A DNA stretch of 55,696 nt, counting the filler, from Platydemus manokwari (taxonomy: Eukaryota): the NCBI GenBank assembly GCA_037951405.1. It is 4 parts of 4 records of this genome, joined end to end, with 100 filler letters (N's around TTAATTAATTAA, not from the genome) between each part and the next. Parts side by side here need not be neighbours in the genome. Positions count along the whole stretch, not along the records: positions 1 to 10,327 come from JBBMOY011145216.1; positions 10,428 to 29,350 come from JBBMOY010177784.1; 2 more parts are not named here. One strand, 5' to 3'. How positions within the stretch are numbered: the first letter of the stretch is position 1; the number at the start of each line of letters is the position of its first letter. The notes under the pieces were generated by a model. The model was not told where the DNA came from. It worked only from the letters and a program-made list of their open reading frames with translations, and searched no databases. Position numbers and translations under genes: made by a program. This document shows, piece after piece, positions 1 to 15,698 of this stretch.

Positions 1-74
1 ATTGTACAAGATTTTCTTTAATAAACACTCAATTGTTCTAAAAAAATTCCGGTTTTTAAGTTATAGACCCAATA
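1..74 (+). mobile_element. 3' terminus (TIR) of a probable mariner-type DNA transposon
   Basis: Near-identical to the reverse complement of 45047-45119. Similarity stops at a TA dinucleotide in both copies. The other copy carries ...CAT TAC TTT GGA TAA (HYFG*), resembling the mariner transposase C-terminus, followed by AATAAA and the TIR-like end. Confidence 0.5.
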
Positions 75-2759
75 GATACACGCAGACTAAATGATCGCGA
101 TGATAGTAATCAATTAGATGCCTCAAAAATATCAATCCATAGAAAGAATCCGTTCGTCAATTGGTGCACATCAACAACAGAGAAGGAACACCGTGATAAG
201 CCTATAACTTTTAGACTGTTCTAACTATTAAAATAGCAAAACTTAAAAACAGCAGGTCGAGACACAGGACAAGTCCATAAACGGAATTTAATCTAAAGGA
301 GAATTGCCAGTCTTTTACGATATCTATTTGCCGTAATTATTTACGAGTTTATATTGACTTTTATGGTAAGTAATTTTTGTCTTTTTTCTATATTTTGTCT
401 GCTGATTCCGTTGTGATCTGATAATTGACTTTGTTTTTCTGTGGAATTTTTAGTTGCGATTTTGAGTGTAATGTGTTGACGATTTTATTTAAATTGTAAA
501 TCGCACTTATAACTTTGAATATTTAGAGTTAGTAAATAATCTGAATTACTATTCAACAATTTCAAAGTTAACCATTAGTAATTTTAAATAGTTCCAGACG
601 ATAAATAAACCCATCTTAAAAGCAACATTGAACTTTATCATTTTAAAATCGTCACAGATGATCTATATGCTCCATGGACTCATTTTAAAATCTGATAAAA
701 TTAAATTTATTCATTAACATACACAACTGAAAGGTCACATAGCCTTCAAGGTTGTCAAATCGACAAGTTTAGAAATTATATTTAATGATAAAATATTATA
801 TTATTAAAGTAGAGTAAAGCTCCCAATGCTCATTTAAATCAAATTTAATTTTGGGTATTTACAACTTCAACTTGTTTCTATAATAGTTATTATATTTTAC
901 AATTTCATAAAGCCCAGTACCACTATTGTTTGTATCGAATACCTTATTGAGTTATCAAGATATAGAATCATTTAATAATTTGCTAACATAGATATAAAAC
1001 TGCTATGATTAAGAGCACTTATTGTCGACTATCTGCCCATAGTTTTCTTTCAAAAATATTGTTAACAAATCTCAAATAGTGGAGTCAAGCAAAGAAATTT
1101 TGAAATGGAAATTGAACTAATTAGCAAAAAATTGTAATTTATAATTAATTAAAAAGTGAATGCTAATAACAGAATGAAATAAATGTTATATTACAAAAGA
1201 TTCCATCATATTTGATAACACCTGTGTGATCTACGAGAATTATTCTCCAAATCTTTTAAAACCAGCACTATAAAAAATACATATTTTTAGAGTTATTAGT
1301 AGATTTTTCATGCATGGTTAAGTTATTCTCCTACTCAAACTATTGTCACTCCATTTATCGGTATAAATATATAAAATGCAACTGATGAATGAAGGATGCA
1401 ATGTGACTTCAGGTAAACGCTATGGTGTTCCACATAATATTCTGGAAATCTCCCTTTAAAATAAGATGGAGAAATGAACAAAGAAAGTCAGAAGATAGCT
1501 GAGGAATGACATTTAGTTATGAGAATGAGATTATTTGTGAGCATCATAATACAATCAAAACATAGTCCTTCGTATTTTGGCATTATCAACTTGGAATTGT
1601 TTTCAAATTTTTGTGATTAGTGTATGAATTTCAATTTCTTTAACTCTTATTACGCTTGGCATTTTCTGTGTTGAACTGAAGTACGATGTACTGAATGAAC
1701 AGCTAGTTTATACAGCTGTTCCTAGTGACCGGATCATGTGTGTGTGTTCTCGCTATTTCTTGTTCTCTTGTTATAAAAACATAGGATGCTATTTTTATTA
1801 CTAATTTTTTATCAATAACATTTGTTTTCAATTTAATTTTTCTGTCAAATTTTGGTAACAAAAGTTATATTTTTCCATTTCTTCTTTGTTATTAGTCATT
1901 ATTATTTATGACGTAATGTTTTGGATTTTTTGTTTGTTTTCGAGTCTTATTAAGAAGATTAAGAAATTATAAAATAACTCTTTACTTTTCAATTTTTTCT
2001 ATTTTACAGCTTTTATCTATTATTAGTAGTTAAAATATGAAATCTCCAGTAAAAAATAAAAAATTCAATGACCAAAATGTCTAATGGGTCTTGAATTTGT
2101 GTAAAAATATTTAAAAAAACATTTATATCTTAAGATCTAATATCATTTTTAGATGTGTTTAATAAGATGTAATATAATGCGGGCATCTATGTCTAACAAT
2201 ATTTTAACATTGTTTTTAGTGATTTAAATCTATTTGCGATTTTTGTGGATTCTAAAAACTGAAATTGTTTCAAAATAAAGGCATTATATTTCAAAACAAA
2301 ATTGAAAGTATAAATAAAATTAAAATGTTATTATTTATGTTTAAGTTTCAATCAAACAGTTGTATTTGTATATATAATTTTCTGATTTAAAAAACTTACC
2401 CATAAATACTTGTAACTGCATCGAAATCTGGATTGTCATTAAAATTTTTTGATTATTTTTATTTACATCATTAAAATATCTGATTATTAATCTGTTTCTT
2501 CAAATGACAAATTGAAAATACTTGCATTGGTTATTGGGTAAGGTTTCATGGGGTTAATAAAAATCAATCATTATTAATTTTATTTTTGAAGTCCATATTT
2601 TATGTTACATCTAAATTATATGAGAATAACAATTTTACAGTGGAAAAATATCCTATAAGACTTGAATAGTCTTCCTGATTTAGAAAAAATGAAAAATAAT
2701 TAAATCCCACACGAATCAAGATAAATAATATAAATTAATTTTACATCACAGACTCGACT

Positions 2760-3427
2760 TATATTCTCCAATTTATTGCAGTCATAAATCCAATATCGTT
2801 TCGCATACCTGGAAATCAATTATTCAAGTTATCTCCGCATCTCGTCACTCTGTTTCGCTCTCGCTGAAGTTGAAGCAAGAAAAAATAAAACCATGAAATT
2901 ATTGATGAATCTCTGTAGGGTGAGGGAGTTCCACATCACTCATGTCTTTCATAGTCATGCTCTCGTAATTAGTTTTAGGGCGCTTGGCGACGGTAGCAAA
3001 TCGACACAAAGTTATTACGATTCTTCTATATGTTTCATTTTATTGCTATCTGTACAAGTACACATGACTAGCGAACATATCTCGTTATAAATGAGATTTT
3101 TTATCTTTTGTGTGTGCTTGTGCAAAAGCGTGCAAATATTGCACACGAACCAAACAAAATGTCCATCAAACCTCAAGGCAGATTGGCAGATAGCCTAGAC
3201 GTTAATTAACAAAAGCATGCGGCACTTGAAGGGAGTAAACCGTGATGGCGAATGAACGCGAGTCAGTCAGCCATTTACTGGTTGTGTGGCTTTGTCTGCT
3301 CGCTCGGTGAAATAGCGAGTGAAGAGTGTTATTAGTTATCATTAGATTATAGCATTGTGTTATTAGCACTATGATAATTGCATTCGAACCTCAAATTATC
3401 GGGAAAGAGTAAATTTTAGCTGTTTTG
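2760..3427 (+). promoter_or_regulatory. Putative promoter and 5' non-coding exon of the NR4A gene
   Basis: Locally GC-richer island about 2.2 kb upstream of the coding exon. It ends at a strong donor TTG|GTAAGA (GT at 3428-3429). The coding exon has an acceptor (ttttag, 5601-5606) only 2 nt before the ATG, which implies an upstream UTR exon or trans-splicing. A half-CRE (CGTCA) lies near 2843. Confidence 0.4.
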
Positions 3428-5608
3428 GTAAGATTTCTTTATGTTTTGATATTTAATTAAAAATTCAATTTGATTATTTATTATTTTGCTTATTAAAAAT
3501 AACTCATAATTATTTGTATTTTCACAGCCAACGTGAACCAAATAGTTATCGAAATAATAAAAAAAATTTATCTTTTCGTATTTTTAATTAAAAATGAAAC
3601 CGTTTTCGTTGAATATAATTTTATTACGACAATATTAAATATACAAAAAGCTTTAAAGTGAATTGTGCTTCGAAAATCTATTTGAATTATACGTACATAC
3701 TCGCATTAAATTGGTAAACACTTCGGCTTCTACTAACTGATGGTCATATTGTGCTCAATGTTAAGTAAACACAATTCGAGGGTTCAAAAATATTTGCAGC
3801 AGCAATATTGGATTACTGGTAGAATTCAATTCATACAGAACCAATGTGTTCAGCTTTCGTTAATTGTTTGCCAACCACAATATGTGTGATGGAAAGGTAT
3901 TGAGCAATGGAATTTGATTATTTAGCTATCACATCTCTTTCGATTTCTGAGTTGCACATAAATCAGAATAGAATGAACATAGTTACTGTCGTTAATTGAT
4001 TAGCACATATCAATGACTCCCAGATGAAAACAAATTATTGAGTTATAATCCATTTTGTTTGCTACCTTTCATTGTTATGAATATTTGAAATTTTCAAACC
4101 AAACATCGAAGCGATTTCAATTGAAAAATAAAATTCCAGTGAAAGAGTAAGTCGGTTGTCGAATTTATGTATTAATGATAATGTGGATGTGGTAGTTGCA
4201 TTTTATCATTAAATGTTATGATATAATATCAACCTCAGTGTCACACTCAAATGTCACCGTGACATATACGGCATGACATATAACTAACAACAGCATTATT
4301 AGTGGAACCAAATAAAACTGATAGATCAAGTAAATAATTTCGATAAATGCCATTATCGAGATATAGGTCGAAATGATTTTTGGGGTATTGGAGAATTATT
4401 CAGTTCATTCAGGTCATCACATGATTGAAGAATGTAATAGAATCTAATGGCATTGAAGAAAAAGCATTTCAAACCAACTAAAAAATCGATAAATGTTTTT
4501 CCCGATTACAGCTTTTCGTTTTTTTCAATATATTTCAAATGAGGATTTTTTTATTCATCTAAGAAAAACCTCCAGAATTGGATTATATTAAAGAGATGAA
4601 AAATCCAACTGTTAAAATTGATAGTTGAAATTCTGGAAAAAAACTAGCGCATTTCTTCTGAAATTGAAAATAGACAAAAACATTTATCTGGTCAGTGATT
4701 TTGAATTCATATTTTCTGGATTGGTTTTAAAAGAACTCCATAGGTTATGATTATTGTAAAAGATTGTTAAGGAGTGTAGAAATTTAGTTTTAAAATACCT
4801 TTAAAATATGAATTATTCGAATTTAAGACGGTGATATAAAGAATATTAACTGGAAAATAATTATCAAAACCTTAAAAAGATTCTTATGGACCACATAAAT
4901 GCAGTTTATTTTATTTTATTTCTATAGTTGAATAATTATTTTTATTATATTAACATTTATGAAATCATTTATAAATTAATGTCTCTGAATATTAAGTAGA
5001 ACTCTCATAATATTTCTTAAAATTTTAATTACGAGATGTCAATAAAATATCCAATCTTATTTAATGGCTATAAAACATAAACAAATTTTATGTTAAATTC
5101 CATTTATATTTCAATGAGATGAATATTAAAATGAGAAATATTAGCTCGAAATTATAATTTCCTATTAATTCAAAGCAAAAAGTTTTCAAATGATAGAATA
5201 ATTTTGATTTTATTGATACTGAAAATAATTTCAAAATAAAGATGATAGAAAAAATAAATCGCATATATGAGTATAAAAAATAGAATGATATTTGAACAAT
5301 TATTTTCAAAATTCTATAATCAAAGACAAAACAGAAATTCTATGTACCAATTTGGAGTTTAAGTAATAGTATCAAATCAATTTACTATTCTGTGCCAGAC
5401 ATTAATACCCATAAATTGTTGATGGTGATATAAACGAATACAAAAATAATAATATATTTCATTATTTGCTATTAATTACGTTTGTTATGTAAAATTCGGT
5501 TACCAAAATTTGGAAATATAAATCATGTTTTATTCTGAGTTCATTTTTTATTTTAAGTTCAATGGATTTCATGGTTGATATCATGTTAAAGATGTTGTCA
5601 TTTTAGAT

Positions 5609-7983
<2,375 letters not shown>

Positions 7984-10327
7984 TAATAAAATCAAAGGTG
8001 ATTGCTAAAAAATGTTTTTGAATCTACAAATATAAATATTTTTAAAAATTGGAAATAGCGCAAAAAATGGTATTGTAAACACTGATAAATCAAATATATT
8101 TTCAATGCCGACTAAAATAAACAATTTTTAATTTATAGTTTATCATTCCAACTACATTTAACTTCTAATCTAATATGTTTTGAACTAATTCGCAAGAGAA
8201 AATTTCGTTCCAACCCTGTATTGATTAATTAATTATAATATTAAGAATGTAACAGTTCATGTCAGAATATTTGTAATGATTTTAAGATAATTTCAGTGAA
8301 TATGATTACGAAGTATGATTGAAAAATAAAATATAAATCAATATCGGAAATATTGATTTATCGATAAGTGTTTTAGTGTGCCATGAATTTATTTTCAGAT
8401 GAAAATTATCAGCTGTTTCGTTCGATATAATTCTTATCGTGATAGAGGACATCAGATAAATTATTGATTTTTTTACGAAATTAAGGAAATTTCAAAAATT
8501 CCAACCAATGTCCTATTAATCCACTTGTAAAAATCATCATAAAAATATTTCACCCTATCAAATATTGGGCTCAAACTTATGATTAAAATTTACTGTTTTT
8601 CTCTAATTGATATATCATCAATAATAGTGTAAATAAAAAGTACATATTACATATATTATTTAAATAAAAATGTGACAGGTCGTTATTGATTATGAAGACA
8701 TTATATGGGCCAATTTGAAACTAAGTATTTTCAAAACCGTGTATCCGTTTAGCTGAATTTCAATTACACTTCATATTTTTCAACCTGTGTAATACCACTA
8801 GTTCATCAAGCGAGCTCCAAATATCAGGAATAAAATGAAATCATTTCCAAAAATGAACCACAGTTTTGGAGTTGAGATACAAAATGGTTAAATACTGATC
8901 AGAAGCATGTTTTAAATTTATAACATTCATTTCATTTCATTATATTGATATTAACCTATCTAGTTTGCTTAAAAATAGCAAATGCGAATTTAAAATCACA
9001 CAAAATTTTGTAAATATAAACAATTCCCCGAAATCTTAACATTAATTATCATATCTTTTGTTTTTATTATTAAAAAAATATTAATTAACCACCAAGTATT
9101 TTTAATATTTTTTATTTTTAAAATTGATATTCATACATAATTGCACAATTTCATAAATTAACTTCATTACACAAAATATAACCGATCATTACTAATTGAC
9201 TAAGTTGGATCATGACTAGTGGATTCGTATATTTTTCTATTTGGTATTTCTACAAATGATTAAAGTTGTCACTGCAATTAAACAGTGTAAATTTCAACAC
9301 CGAATTACAAACACTGGTATGGTTGTTTTACAAATATTGTAAAACTTTCGTGCTATCAACATTGATTAGTCGATATATTTCAATTACTGTCAGTTAGCTA
9401 TTTTACATGGTAGTTGCTCATGGGATTCCTTGTACTGGATTGATTCATAGCACCATCGCTTGTAAAACAAACTCTAAATCAATAATGTAAAATTATTACG
9501 AAAATCGCTAAACAGTTATTTAGATAATCTTAGATTATATTAACTATTTAGAATTATTAAATAATACATTTAAACAAGGGATTAAATAATCTATTAAACA
9601 AATCCAAAAAATTTATTAGTTAATATTATTAACTTTAATGCGAATTCCAGAATTTCAAACTCGATGGAACTTAGAACAAGACAGGAAAAATATTTATTAT
9701 AATATAATTACTTTAATTTACCAATGATTATGAAATTATTAAATTTCAAAACAATTTTTACTATGTTATTCAGTAATGAAAATAAATAATACAATAATTT
9801 TATTCATAATAATTGCTGTGATCATGGTTTATGACAATTCCAAAGCTTGGTTCACCGATGGACCGCTTAGTAACCCTTCCTACTCATCAGTTTTGGTTAA
9901 GACCTAACATCTACTTTATTGGTGAATTCAAACAGTCAGTTTAATCATTCAACTTAACTATCACTCGACTGTAAATGGAAGTTGTGATTGTCTTTTTATT
10001 CTTTGCATCACCATCAAAATCACATTAGGAAATAATTTTGAATTTCAGATTTAATCCAATAGATACTTAATTTTTACCCGAATACTTTCCTGTTTCACAA
10101 TGTTATGCATATTTCGTACAATTTTTTATGCAAAATAAAAATATTATTTTCAATCGTTAAATATTTGCTTTTTAAATCTCGAAATATGTTAGATGTAGAA
10201 AACGTTGTTTTTAAAATTAGATTGATTCCTTTTCTCATTTACAAGATATTTAATATTCGGTATTAAAAAATGGTGTTAATGTTTAATAAATTTATTTTCT
10301 TGCAATGGTATCATGCTTTGCATTACT

Positions 10328-10427
10328 NNNNNNNNNNNNNNNNNNNNNNNNNNNNNNNNNNNNNNNNNNNNTTAATTAATTAANNNNNNNNNNNNNNNNN
10401 NNNNNNNNNNNNNNNNNNNNNNNNNNN
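10328..10427. other. Artificial assembly spacer (44 N + TTAATTAATTAA + 44 N)
   Basis: Exactly 100 bp with a palindromic 12-mer that places stops in all six frames; identical to the other two spacers. Confidence 0.97.
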
Positions 10428-10489
10428 TTGAATATTTTTATAAATTAAAACAGGCCCTGTTTTGTTTTCTGCATCTTCACCTTCAAAGA

Positions 10490-10650
10490 CATTATAAACA
10501 TCTTTGGGTGGTAAAATTCCATAAGGATCATAATAAATTTTATTAAGTTTATGTGTTGAAACTCAATAAGAACCATCTTCTTTTGTAGTTTCTAAATTCA
10601 TTTTAACATATTTTTGTCAGATGACTTTGCTAAAGTATCTCTCATATTAA
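10490..10650 (-). mobile_element. Decayed Maverick/Polinton adenain-like cysteine protease fragment
   Basis: The minus strand reads MRDTL..(frameshift)..KYVKMNLETTKEDGSY*VSTHKLNKIYYDPYGILPPKDVYN. This matches the Polinton protease pattern MRDxL...INLD..xxGTHWV...YFDSFGxxPP, with the Trp codon mutated to TGA. Confidence 0.55.
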
Positions 10651-12063
10651 TTTTAATTTAAATCATCATCAATATCTTTTAAATAAAAATTAGTAGTTTT
10701 ATTAATTTTATTTTTATCCAAAAATATTTTTATAAAATCCATTTTTTTAAAAGATAAAAAATTTAACTTGTTTAATGTGTAGAATATATTTCCACTCTCA
10801 AACTTGTCTAAGGTGTAATTATAGTGATATTTCTTCTTCATTAAAGTCTGTTAAATTCCCAATTAGATATGTTATTTAAGAAGTGATTTTGATAACACAT
10901 TAAGTGAATATCAGAAAATAGATTACTTGATTTACTTCTGTAATAGATAAATAATCTGGCAGAAGACTATAATCGGATAATTATGAATAATATTCGGTTG
11001 TTGAGACATAACATAAATGGTGTTACTGCTCAGATAAAACCACAGTAGCTTTGAACAACATATTCAGGTATTAAAAGTACATTGTAGAAGAGTATATGGA
11101 CAATTGAGAACACTAGGTAATAAATAATAGCCAATTTCTTATATGAATGAATTATAAATGTAGATGTTTTCTTTCGACTAGAATTTTTTTGCTTCTTGAC
11201 AAAAATAATTTCAGAAATTAGGAAAACTGAAAATAGATGAGAATGATGTTAATCAAATACTGTAAATCTAATAAGAATAAGAATTGTGCTTCATTAAATC
11301 CCATCAAGTAATATTACTACAGTCTAATAAATATTTCTCTTTTTTTAAAGAATGGTATTTATTATTATGACAGATACATCAGAGAGAAAAATCACATCTT
11401 ACATTATTGCTACATTTAGATAAATAAATGAATTCATTAAATAGATTCTAATAAATTAATTTGAAAATATTTTCAGTTTCACAAGAAGCATAAAGAATTG
11501 AATTATAAACTTTAAGTTTTGAGAACAAAGTAAATATCTGGTAAATTGTTTGAGATTTATAGTCGAATAATTTATATCCATTATGCATATTTTTACCATT
11601 TGATTTTATTTGGCAAAAACTTTAAGTCATGTATTTAATATTTGGTTTAAATAATATCACATAAACGGTTTCTAAATTTAATTCGTTGAAATTTCTTGAA
11701 ATAATAATAATTTGATTTACCTCATAAATAAATAAAAAGTAGCACATTTCACAATCAATTTAATAAATATTTAGGAAAACAGACGATATGTAAATACCAA
11801 AATGATGACGAAATTTTATAGAATTCTCTGTTTCTATTTATGAGACAGACTTTCCGAATTTTTTAAAGTCGAATATATCACAATAAAAATTATGTTTTAT
11901 AATCAGTTATATTATTATAAAATAAACGAATATTTCTAAACAATATGGTGAGATACATTTTCATATTAAATGATCTAAAAATTTAAACACAAGTAGATAA
12001 AATCAATTAATTTATCACATAAATAATGAGTTAAGTGTTTCGAAGATAGATCTTAATAATCAT

Positions 12064-12972
12064 TTAATGGCACTCGTATTCCTCTTGTTTTTTAGATTTG
12101 CAAATGTTACCAGTGGATGTTATTTTTCTAATTAATGAAGTATTAGTAAAACAAAATCCAAATAGCTTCAACAATTTAGTAGCATTTTCTGTAGATCCAG
12201 CCAATTTTCCTGAACCTATAACACCCCATTGATTTGCAGCCATATTGTCAATGAAACTATCAACATCGAATATTGATGTTGATAAAACTCCAAAGACCAA
12301 ATTTTTAATACCGATTAAATTATGAAACTCATGGATCGGGTAATAACATGCAAAATAACTTTGACATTTACCTTCTGTTAAATAAGCCACTAGATTGTTC
12401 GCGACAATTTGTATTTCAGATTTGTACTTATTCATCGAATTGATGAGATCTATGTTTCCCCATGCAATTAATCTATTATTTTTATATTTAGCAGTTGCAG
12501 CAGATACTCTACCTTTGCTGAGAGTTCCAATTGAAATTAAATCACTTTGGCTTTTCTGTGAAATTGTAAAAAAATTATTCTTAGTATTCATGTGATGAGC
12601 CCGAAGTCCTTTTAGAACTTCATATCTAGCATGGATCGGATTTGAAAACTAAATCAACATATAATAGAAATTCAATGATGTATGAAGTGAACTCACCTGA
12701 AACGCGAAATTATTATTGAAATATGCTTTAACATTTTGGCAATCATTATGTGATTCACAAGTCTGTTCGAAAATGTAAAAGTAACACTTCATCGATTTCT
12801 CATCAAAATAAAATATTTGGCAATTTATAGATGTGCATCGAATAACACAATCAAATAAACTACTTGCTTTCGTTACGCTTGACTCCTTGAATACACAAAC
12901 TATTTTGCTAACAAAATTAAATTGACAGTAAATACAAGTTAGATTTAAAATTGTTAAAAATAGCTTTATCAT
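12064..12972 (-). CDS. Putative secreted protein, 286 aa: signal peptide + PAN/apple-like domain + TCAF/FAM115 N-terminal-like domain (copy A); exons 12972-12697 and 12648-12064
   Basis: ATG at 12972 (the ORF-track start at 12984 is a TTG). A 48-nt phase-0 intron CAG|gtgagt...tttag|TTT joins two ORF-track entries into an 861-nt CDS. Hydrophobic N-terminus, then C-x3-C-x4-C-x2-F-x-F...C. The exon structure is conserved in copy B. Confidence 0.88.
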
Positions 12973-13654
12973 TTCAAATGGCAAATAAATTTAGTTGTAA
13001 ATATTTTGTGAAATTTTCATGAATTTTCTTTAACCAATAATATTCTTGTTTAAATTTATTAATATGAGTACTTCTAATTGATCATCACTAACGATTTTTT
13101 TTATACTTTCACGTCTAATAACTTATAAATAACTTACTACGTTTCGATTGAATTTACGTTTTGTTAATTTTTGTATCGATTTAATAAGAAATTTTAGATG
13201 TCATATTAATATTGTTTGAATTGCGATGCTTAACGATTTTGGAAATTCAAAGATAAAATTGAAAAACGTTTTTAATAACCGTTATTTTATAATTGGTAAA
13301 AACCGATTTTATGCAGGTAATTTCAAAACACAAGTAAAGTGTTTTGTATTGATTGGTAAAAGTGAAGAGATGTAACCCCATTATTGAACCCAAATTATTG
13401 AACTTAAGAAATGAGAAAAATTATGAAAAATCTTTGAAAATCCTTTTTAACAATATAAAATCTTTCATTTCGAACAGGCGAATACAAATGCAAACGACAA
13501 AAACGTTGAGTCTTAGCTAGTAATTTAGCATGAGTGACTAGAATTAATCTTTGTTTGTGCTCACCATAACTACATTATTGACATAAGTGATGGCAAATTT
13601 TATATTTTAAAAAATATGTGTTAAAAATGACACGAAAACAACTTAAATCTAAAG

Positions 13655-15300
13655 GTTATCACTCTCACCGAGATTGAGGACAACTTCAAAAAACTGGCAA
13701 ACTCGGCACCTGGAAATGTTGGGATCACTTACAAAGACTGGAGATTAATCGACCCCCTGCACATCCTCTTACAATCGATGTTTAATAGTATTCTCAAGAA
13801 CAAAGTAATACCGGATTAATGAAAATAATGCAACACTAATCTTCTCCTGAAACCTAGAAAATAATCAACATCCCCAATGGTCACATCCTGGCGTCCCAAT
13901 GCTCTCACGGACTCGCCTTACCGAATCATCACTACAATACTAAACCTAAGGCTAATGAAATTGATAGATGCTGGAAACACACTGTCACCAAATCAAAAAC
14001 CAATGTTTGCATCAGAAGGATGCGCAGAGCACATTGCCTTTCTGTTATCACTGCAAGAATACGTGGCCCAGCACAACAAGGACTTACATCTCCGCCAGAT
14101 CGATCTCAAAAAAGCCTTCCCAAGTCTACTACACGAGGTCATCTGGTATACGCTTAACAAAATTGGTTGCAATACTCATTACATTGAGATGATCAAGGAC
14201 ATATACCAGGACTCCAAATGAACTTATATCTGTGGAATTCTGAAGACACCGCCAATTTCAATCTGCGCGGAGTAAAACAAGAATGTCCCTTGTCAATGAC
14301 ACTCTTCTGCCTGGCAATTCATTTCTTCCTGCGCTCCTCAGCCAGTATACCAGGGCTTCTCACAATATATTACACTTAATTCTCAACACTGGCCTACGTT
14401 GACGATAACGTTATCATAGCAAATTCTGGAAAGAACTTGGAAAACCGTCTATATCAACTTATTCATCATGCAAAGGTTATTCTACTGACAATCAATACCT
14501 ACAAATGTGGCTACTTCTTCAAAAATAATAAGAACCGAATCAACCAGGCAATATTCAAAGAATTAGTGCCAGTCGTTTATAGTCACAATCGCTAAAAATA
14601 TCTTGGGGTGCCCTTCAGTCTACCCAAGCGATCACAGGTCGACAACATCCTGGAATCAATCATCACAGACTTTGAAGAGATTGCAGACTCCAGACTGCAT
14701 CCTTCACAAAAATTCCAGGCTTAAAAAATTTTTCTGCACTCGAGATTGCCTTTTCATTTCCGAATTCAACAAGTAGAAACTACCAAATTTGATTCAAGTA
14801 AACTGATTGCAAACCAAAATAATGAATCAGTACCATCATTTGACAAAAAAATACATCGAATATCTCGCAAAATACTAGAAATGGACGGATCAAACTCAAG
14901 AAACAACTACTTCTGCTATGCACCCACCAAACTAGGCGAGATCGGACTCACTACATCCAACATTGAATGTTGCATACAGAGTATTGTCGGTGCCTTCTAT
15001 TTTTTCACAAGCCCTGACCAAGAATTTAGAACATTTATGTCAAACCACATAATCAACATTGTGAAGCACAGAATGACTCAAATGATCTCGCGGTAGCACT
15101 TCTCTGGATCTCTGACAAACTATCGACTGAAAAACCATCCTCAGCAGCAACATGGTGGACCAAAACTGGCTTTGCAGTCAGAAAACATAGGAAGAGCCAA
15201 ACCGATGTGAGATTCTACAACCACCACATTGAAATTCTCCAAGAAACTCACAATGGACAACAACAAGACTTAATATTTCAACTCTCAGACATTCTACACG
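13655..15300 (+). mobile_element. Degenerate non-LTR retrotransposon, RT region, probably RLE clade (NeSL/Utopia/R2-like); truncated at both ends
   Basis: Motifs occur in order, with stops and frameshifts: SAPGNVGITYKDW..IDP, SWRPNAL, NQKPMFASEGCAEH, IDLKKAFPSL, GVKQECPLS, LAYVDD (YADD box, about 14390-14405), YLGVPF, LHPSQK..A, and YAPTKLGEIGL. Confidence 0.85.
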
Positions 15301-15698
15301 ACTCGTATTCAAAAATGTATTCAAAAATGTATGACAATAAATGAAGAAAAAACAGATATATAAAATCCAAGATTTTAATTAACGATTTGAAGATGCTAAG
15401 CTGAAAGAAAATAAACATATTAAGTTCAAAAAATCAATAGATCGAACAATTTGGCAAAAACATTTTATTAACAGGGCAGTAAATCAATCTGAGAAATTAA
15501 ATACTGCAAAATATAACGATTTCATAATTTTGGACTTCGAAAATAAGTGACTATGAATGAAGTGTCTATTTTAAAACTTCTGAGAAAGCACTTATTATTT
15601 TATTGTTGGTAAACATTTATCAATAAATCATTGCATGAAGTAAATTTGAATACAGGATCAGGAATTAGAATGATAATTCAATACACATGAATGCATTT

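Noticed and set aside
730-737. Perfect NBRE (AAAGGTCA) upstream of NR4A, suggesting autoregulation
   Set aside because: The same 8-mer occurs at 31350 and 41033 on the minus strand in unrelated segments; a few hits are expected by chance at this composition.
9850-9895. CTGATGA on the minus strand followed by a short stem (hammerhead ribozyme candidate); similar case near 44380-44410
   Set aside because: The required GAAA after stem II and stems I and III are absent.
10372-10383. Recurrent palindrome TTAATTAATTAA
   Set aside because: Artificial assembly linker, not a biological repeat.
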